37,192 nucleotides of DNA from Oligoflexales bacterium (GTDB lineage: Bacteria; Bdellovibrionota_B; Oligoflexia; Oligoflexales; Bog-1112). The notes beneath the pieces are model-generated. The model was not told where the DNA came from and ran no database searches. It was given only the letters and a program-made list of their open reading frames with translations. A program made the position numbers and the translations under genes. The stretch spans positions 1 to 37,192 of the forward strand of contig JBGCDR010000333.1 in NCBI GenBank assembly GCA_045105515.1, written 5' to 3'. Each line of letters starts with the position of its first letter. Within the stretch, counting starts at the first letter, position 1. This document shows positions 34,791 to 37,192 of this stretch, one piece after another.

Positions 34791-36236
34791 TTACTTCTCA
34801 ATAGCTGACTTCTTGGTTTTCTGATGCTGTTTTTTGAAGAACTCAAAGAGATCTCGATAGACTTGCTTCCATAATGAATCAGCTAGTATGCGATCTCGGT
34901 TTAACAAGACAGCCTTTATATCCAAACTCATCAAAAATAATACCTGCTCATTACCTCTCGAATCATCACGTTTTCTTTGGCTATTTTCGTAGTTAAATCC
35001 CAATTTTTCCAATATATTTTTAACCTGCACCGCGCATTCTAAAAGGATGAACTTTGATTGAGATTGGACTCCAATACGGACACAGTTCGTTAAGAGAGGC
35101 AATAAAAAATCTACCAGATTAACCTTCGAGCTTACATGGAGATCAGTCAATTCTATATGTTTATGATTTAGTATTTTTGAAGATATTTTGTGTGTAGCCT
35201 TAACCAATGCAGATTGTTCACCTTGCTTATCGCAAAAAACTAATTCCATAGTCGCAACAAAATGGGGACCTAATTTACAGCTAATAGTCCTTGAGTTAGT
35301 ATCAGTTAGCTCACTTTTTCCGCTTGAATCAACAATTGGAGGAGCTAGACTAATGGCTTCAAGCTGCTCCTTTTCATGAACATTATCACTTACCGGAGAA
35401 TAATTTTGATCGAAGGCCAAGCTTAGGTCCCCGACCGTAAAGCCATTTTCGCGTAGAGCGTTAGGGTAAGCTTCGTCGGCAAACATAACAAGGTACTCAC
35501 TCACCATTTCGAGAAATTTTTTATCGGGCTTATCAAAATAAACGAAAATACGGTAGCGATTATCTTCAGTGCGGAAGTGGAGATCAGAGTTGTTGACTTT
35601 AACCATAAACCTTCCTCTTCCCGGGAAGTAAAAGTCTAACTCTAGTGGCTGCTTAGGTAGGAGGGTTTTGCATCGCGCAGAAACTAGTAGGTCTGCACCC
35701 GTAGCTGAAAAGCTATTGACCTGGAAAAGGACCATTTCGTTATAAAAAAAGGGATCTTGATAACATGCCTGTGGTCTTATGTAAGATTGACAGGCGAATA
35801 ATTTCTCACCAATAAACCTATTAAATTCAGCTAGACTATTGCAAGGCTTAATTTGAAATTGAATACCGATCCGATCATATTGGACACCCCTTATAGATAC
35901 CTTGGCAATATTGCTAATAGCTCCATTGATCTTAAACCCTTCTTCCAAGCCACGACCAAAAGAAAGTACAATTTTCTGACCGACCACCGGAGGAAATTTT
36001 ACCTTTTCTCGAGTTTCTACAAGAGCTATTCCCCGAGTAGAGATATCAATCACATCAACCTTGGCTTCCAAAGCGTCAAAACCAATCCAACATAGGATCT
36101 GTTCACCCAAATAAATCCTTCTACGCTTCTCCATACGTTTAGGCAGCTGTAGCTGCTCAATTTGGTCTATGGAATTTCCTGATTCTTCTTGCTGAGAAGA
36201 GTCTTCTTGATCTGGATTTTTTTCATCCGATGCCAC
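34791..36236 (-). CDS. PilZ-domain protein (one intact and one degenerate PilZ) with C-terminal GNAT-like domain
   Basis: RMEKR (RxxxR) and DISTRG (DxSxxG) c-di-GMP motifs, then IGIQF. Second barrel with SFSATG. C-terminal SRTI...VATMELVF, IELTDL, LEKLGF as in GNAT folds. Confidence 0.8.
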   Translation of the reverse strand: MASDEKNPDQEDSSQQEESGNSIDQIEQLQLPKRMEKRRRIYLGEQILCWIGFDALEAKVDVIDISTRGIALVETREKVKFPPVVGQKIVLSFGRGLEEGFKINGAISNIAKVSIRGVQYDRIGIQFQIKPCNSLAEFNRFIGEKLFACQSYIRPQACYQDPFFYNEMVLFQVNSFSATGADLLVSARCKTLLPKQPLELDFYFPGRGRFMVKVNNSDLHFRTEDNRYRIFVYFDKPDKKFLEMVSEYLVMFADEAYPNALRENGFTVGDLSLAFDQNYSPVSDNVHEKEQLEAISLAPPIVDSSGKSELTDTNSRTISCKLGPHFVATMELVFCDKQGEQSALVKATHKISSKILNHKHIELTDLHVSSKVNLVDFLLPLLTNCVRIGVQSQSKFILLECAVQVKNILEKLGFNYENSQRKRDDSRGNEQVLFLMSLDIKAVLLNRDRILADSLWKQVYRDLFEFFKKQHQKTKKSAIEK

Positions 36237-36579
36237 TGTATACCACCTTAAGGTTTATAATATCCTTCTCCTAAGGTTTCGGTACAAAACTTATATGAGT
36301 CAAGGTTGGTAAAACTCAGAATATTTGGCAAAATCATAATTTAATATAAAAAAACCAGGATTCTTAGTTATTAAAATTCCTGTGATTGATCACAACTCAG
36401 CATAATTGTGGTTGCTAAAATGTTTCCTCGTTGAGCAATACAGGAATTAGGCTTGAAGTACGAAACTTGGTAAGAAGACAACAATCTAAAATAACTAGAT
36501 AATTTACTATATAAAAAAGTCTTTCAAGTGTTTAATTTCTTTAAGATAAATGAAATTGACCTAATAATAGCATTATTGC

Positions 36580-36607
36580 TTGTATTAAAAAATATTCCAG
36601 GTACAAT
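36580..36607 (+). promoter_or_regulatory. Putative sigma70 promoter
   Basis: TTGTAT-N16-TACAAT upstream of the last ORF, in an AT-rich region where chance matches are likely. Confidence 0.3.
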
Positions 36608-36741
36608 TTGCAAGCTAAACTGCAAAGACTTAAGCCGTTATTGGATAAAAATTGAGCCCTTATAAGAGCGTAGGATATACTGTTTTATCTCGTAATTATA
36701 GCACCTTATACAAGCATCGTTTTTGGAGAACTAGTTTTCAT

Positions 36742-37074
36742 ATGAATTATTCACGATTTATCCTTATTCAAGGCTTAGTATTTTTAAGTTTATATGTCTC
36801 GAACCCAAGCTTTGTAAAAGCAGCTGGTGATGCGGACACACCTCATAGTGAGAGTATCTTGGAGAATCTAATAACTGATAACATTCTCAACATTATATTA
36901 GAACATGCTAGGTGTAAAAGTAATTATGCTCAGATGTTCCATGAAGGAAGGTCATCTGAGCAACGGAAAGATGAATCTGATGTAGTTTTAACGATATCTC
37001 TGCAATTGGCTGAAGATATCATTCGCTCAAGCAACTATGTTCAAACTATAAATAGTCGCTGGTGCGAAATATAG
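36742..37074 (+). CDS. Hypothetical exported protein, possibly truncated
   Basis: ATG 36742 follows GGAGA and begins a clean signal peptide (VKA-A). The frame stays open for 26 codons after the TAG. Confidence 0.5.
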   Translation: MNYSRFILIQGLVFLSLYVSNPSFVKAAGDADTPHSESILENLITDNILNIILEHARCKSNYAQMFHEGRSSEQRKDESDVVLTISLQLAEDIIRSSNYVQTINSRWCEI

Positions 37075-37192
37075 AATCTTTTAGAAGTTAAAAAAACCGC
37101 CGCTAAAGAATCCGCTGTAATGCTTGACAGTCAATGGTTTAAAAAAAATAGCTAAGTAAAATTCAAAAATTATGGTGCAATATGACACATGA

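Noticed and set aside
612..36095. Short overlapping or antisense ORFs in the track (for example 1254-1721, 10511-10792, 17931-18221, 28169-28555, 30354-30644)
   Set aside because: They lie inside well-supported genes, lack RBSs and motifs, and look like shadow ORFs.

Overview
AT-rich bacterial chromosomal window with about 30 genes. No rRNA, tRNA, CRISPR array, transposase or integrase could be recognised. The gene content (PilZ-PilZ-GNAT-like protein, long TPR protein plus TPR lipoprotein pair, Cys-rich secreted proteins, internalin-type LRR lipoprotein, small beta-barrels) suggests Bdellovibrionota/Oligoflexia or a relative. That assignment is an inference, not a database result. Recognisable housekeeping and transport genes are kefG/F-kefB/C, an ABC-2 exporter, two YciB/IspZ paralogues, an RND permease with no adjacent partners, pyrE, prfC, nnr, queD and an Na+/solute symporter. 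They are interleaved with many lineage-specific exported proteins. The most notable observations are: (1) a secreted protein with a MACPF-like N-terminus and two blocks of exact 13-residue Cys repeats, facing a Cys-repeat/LRR lipoprotein; (2) an unannotated operon of exported proteins whose second gene is split by a +1 frameshift confined to a 14-nt window at GGT-AAA-AAC-TAA; (3) a lipoprotein with an FN3-like domain and two hydrophobic helices, resembling a membrane-inserting effector; (4) a GTCA-tagged REP-like palindrome family at about 2.8-3.06 kb and 20.2 kb; (5) sigma28-like promoters in front of several exported genes; (6) apparent taxonomic mosaicism of the housekeeping genes. All family assignments come from motif recognition by eye and need HMM or structure searches.
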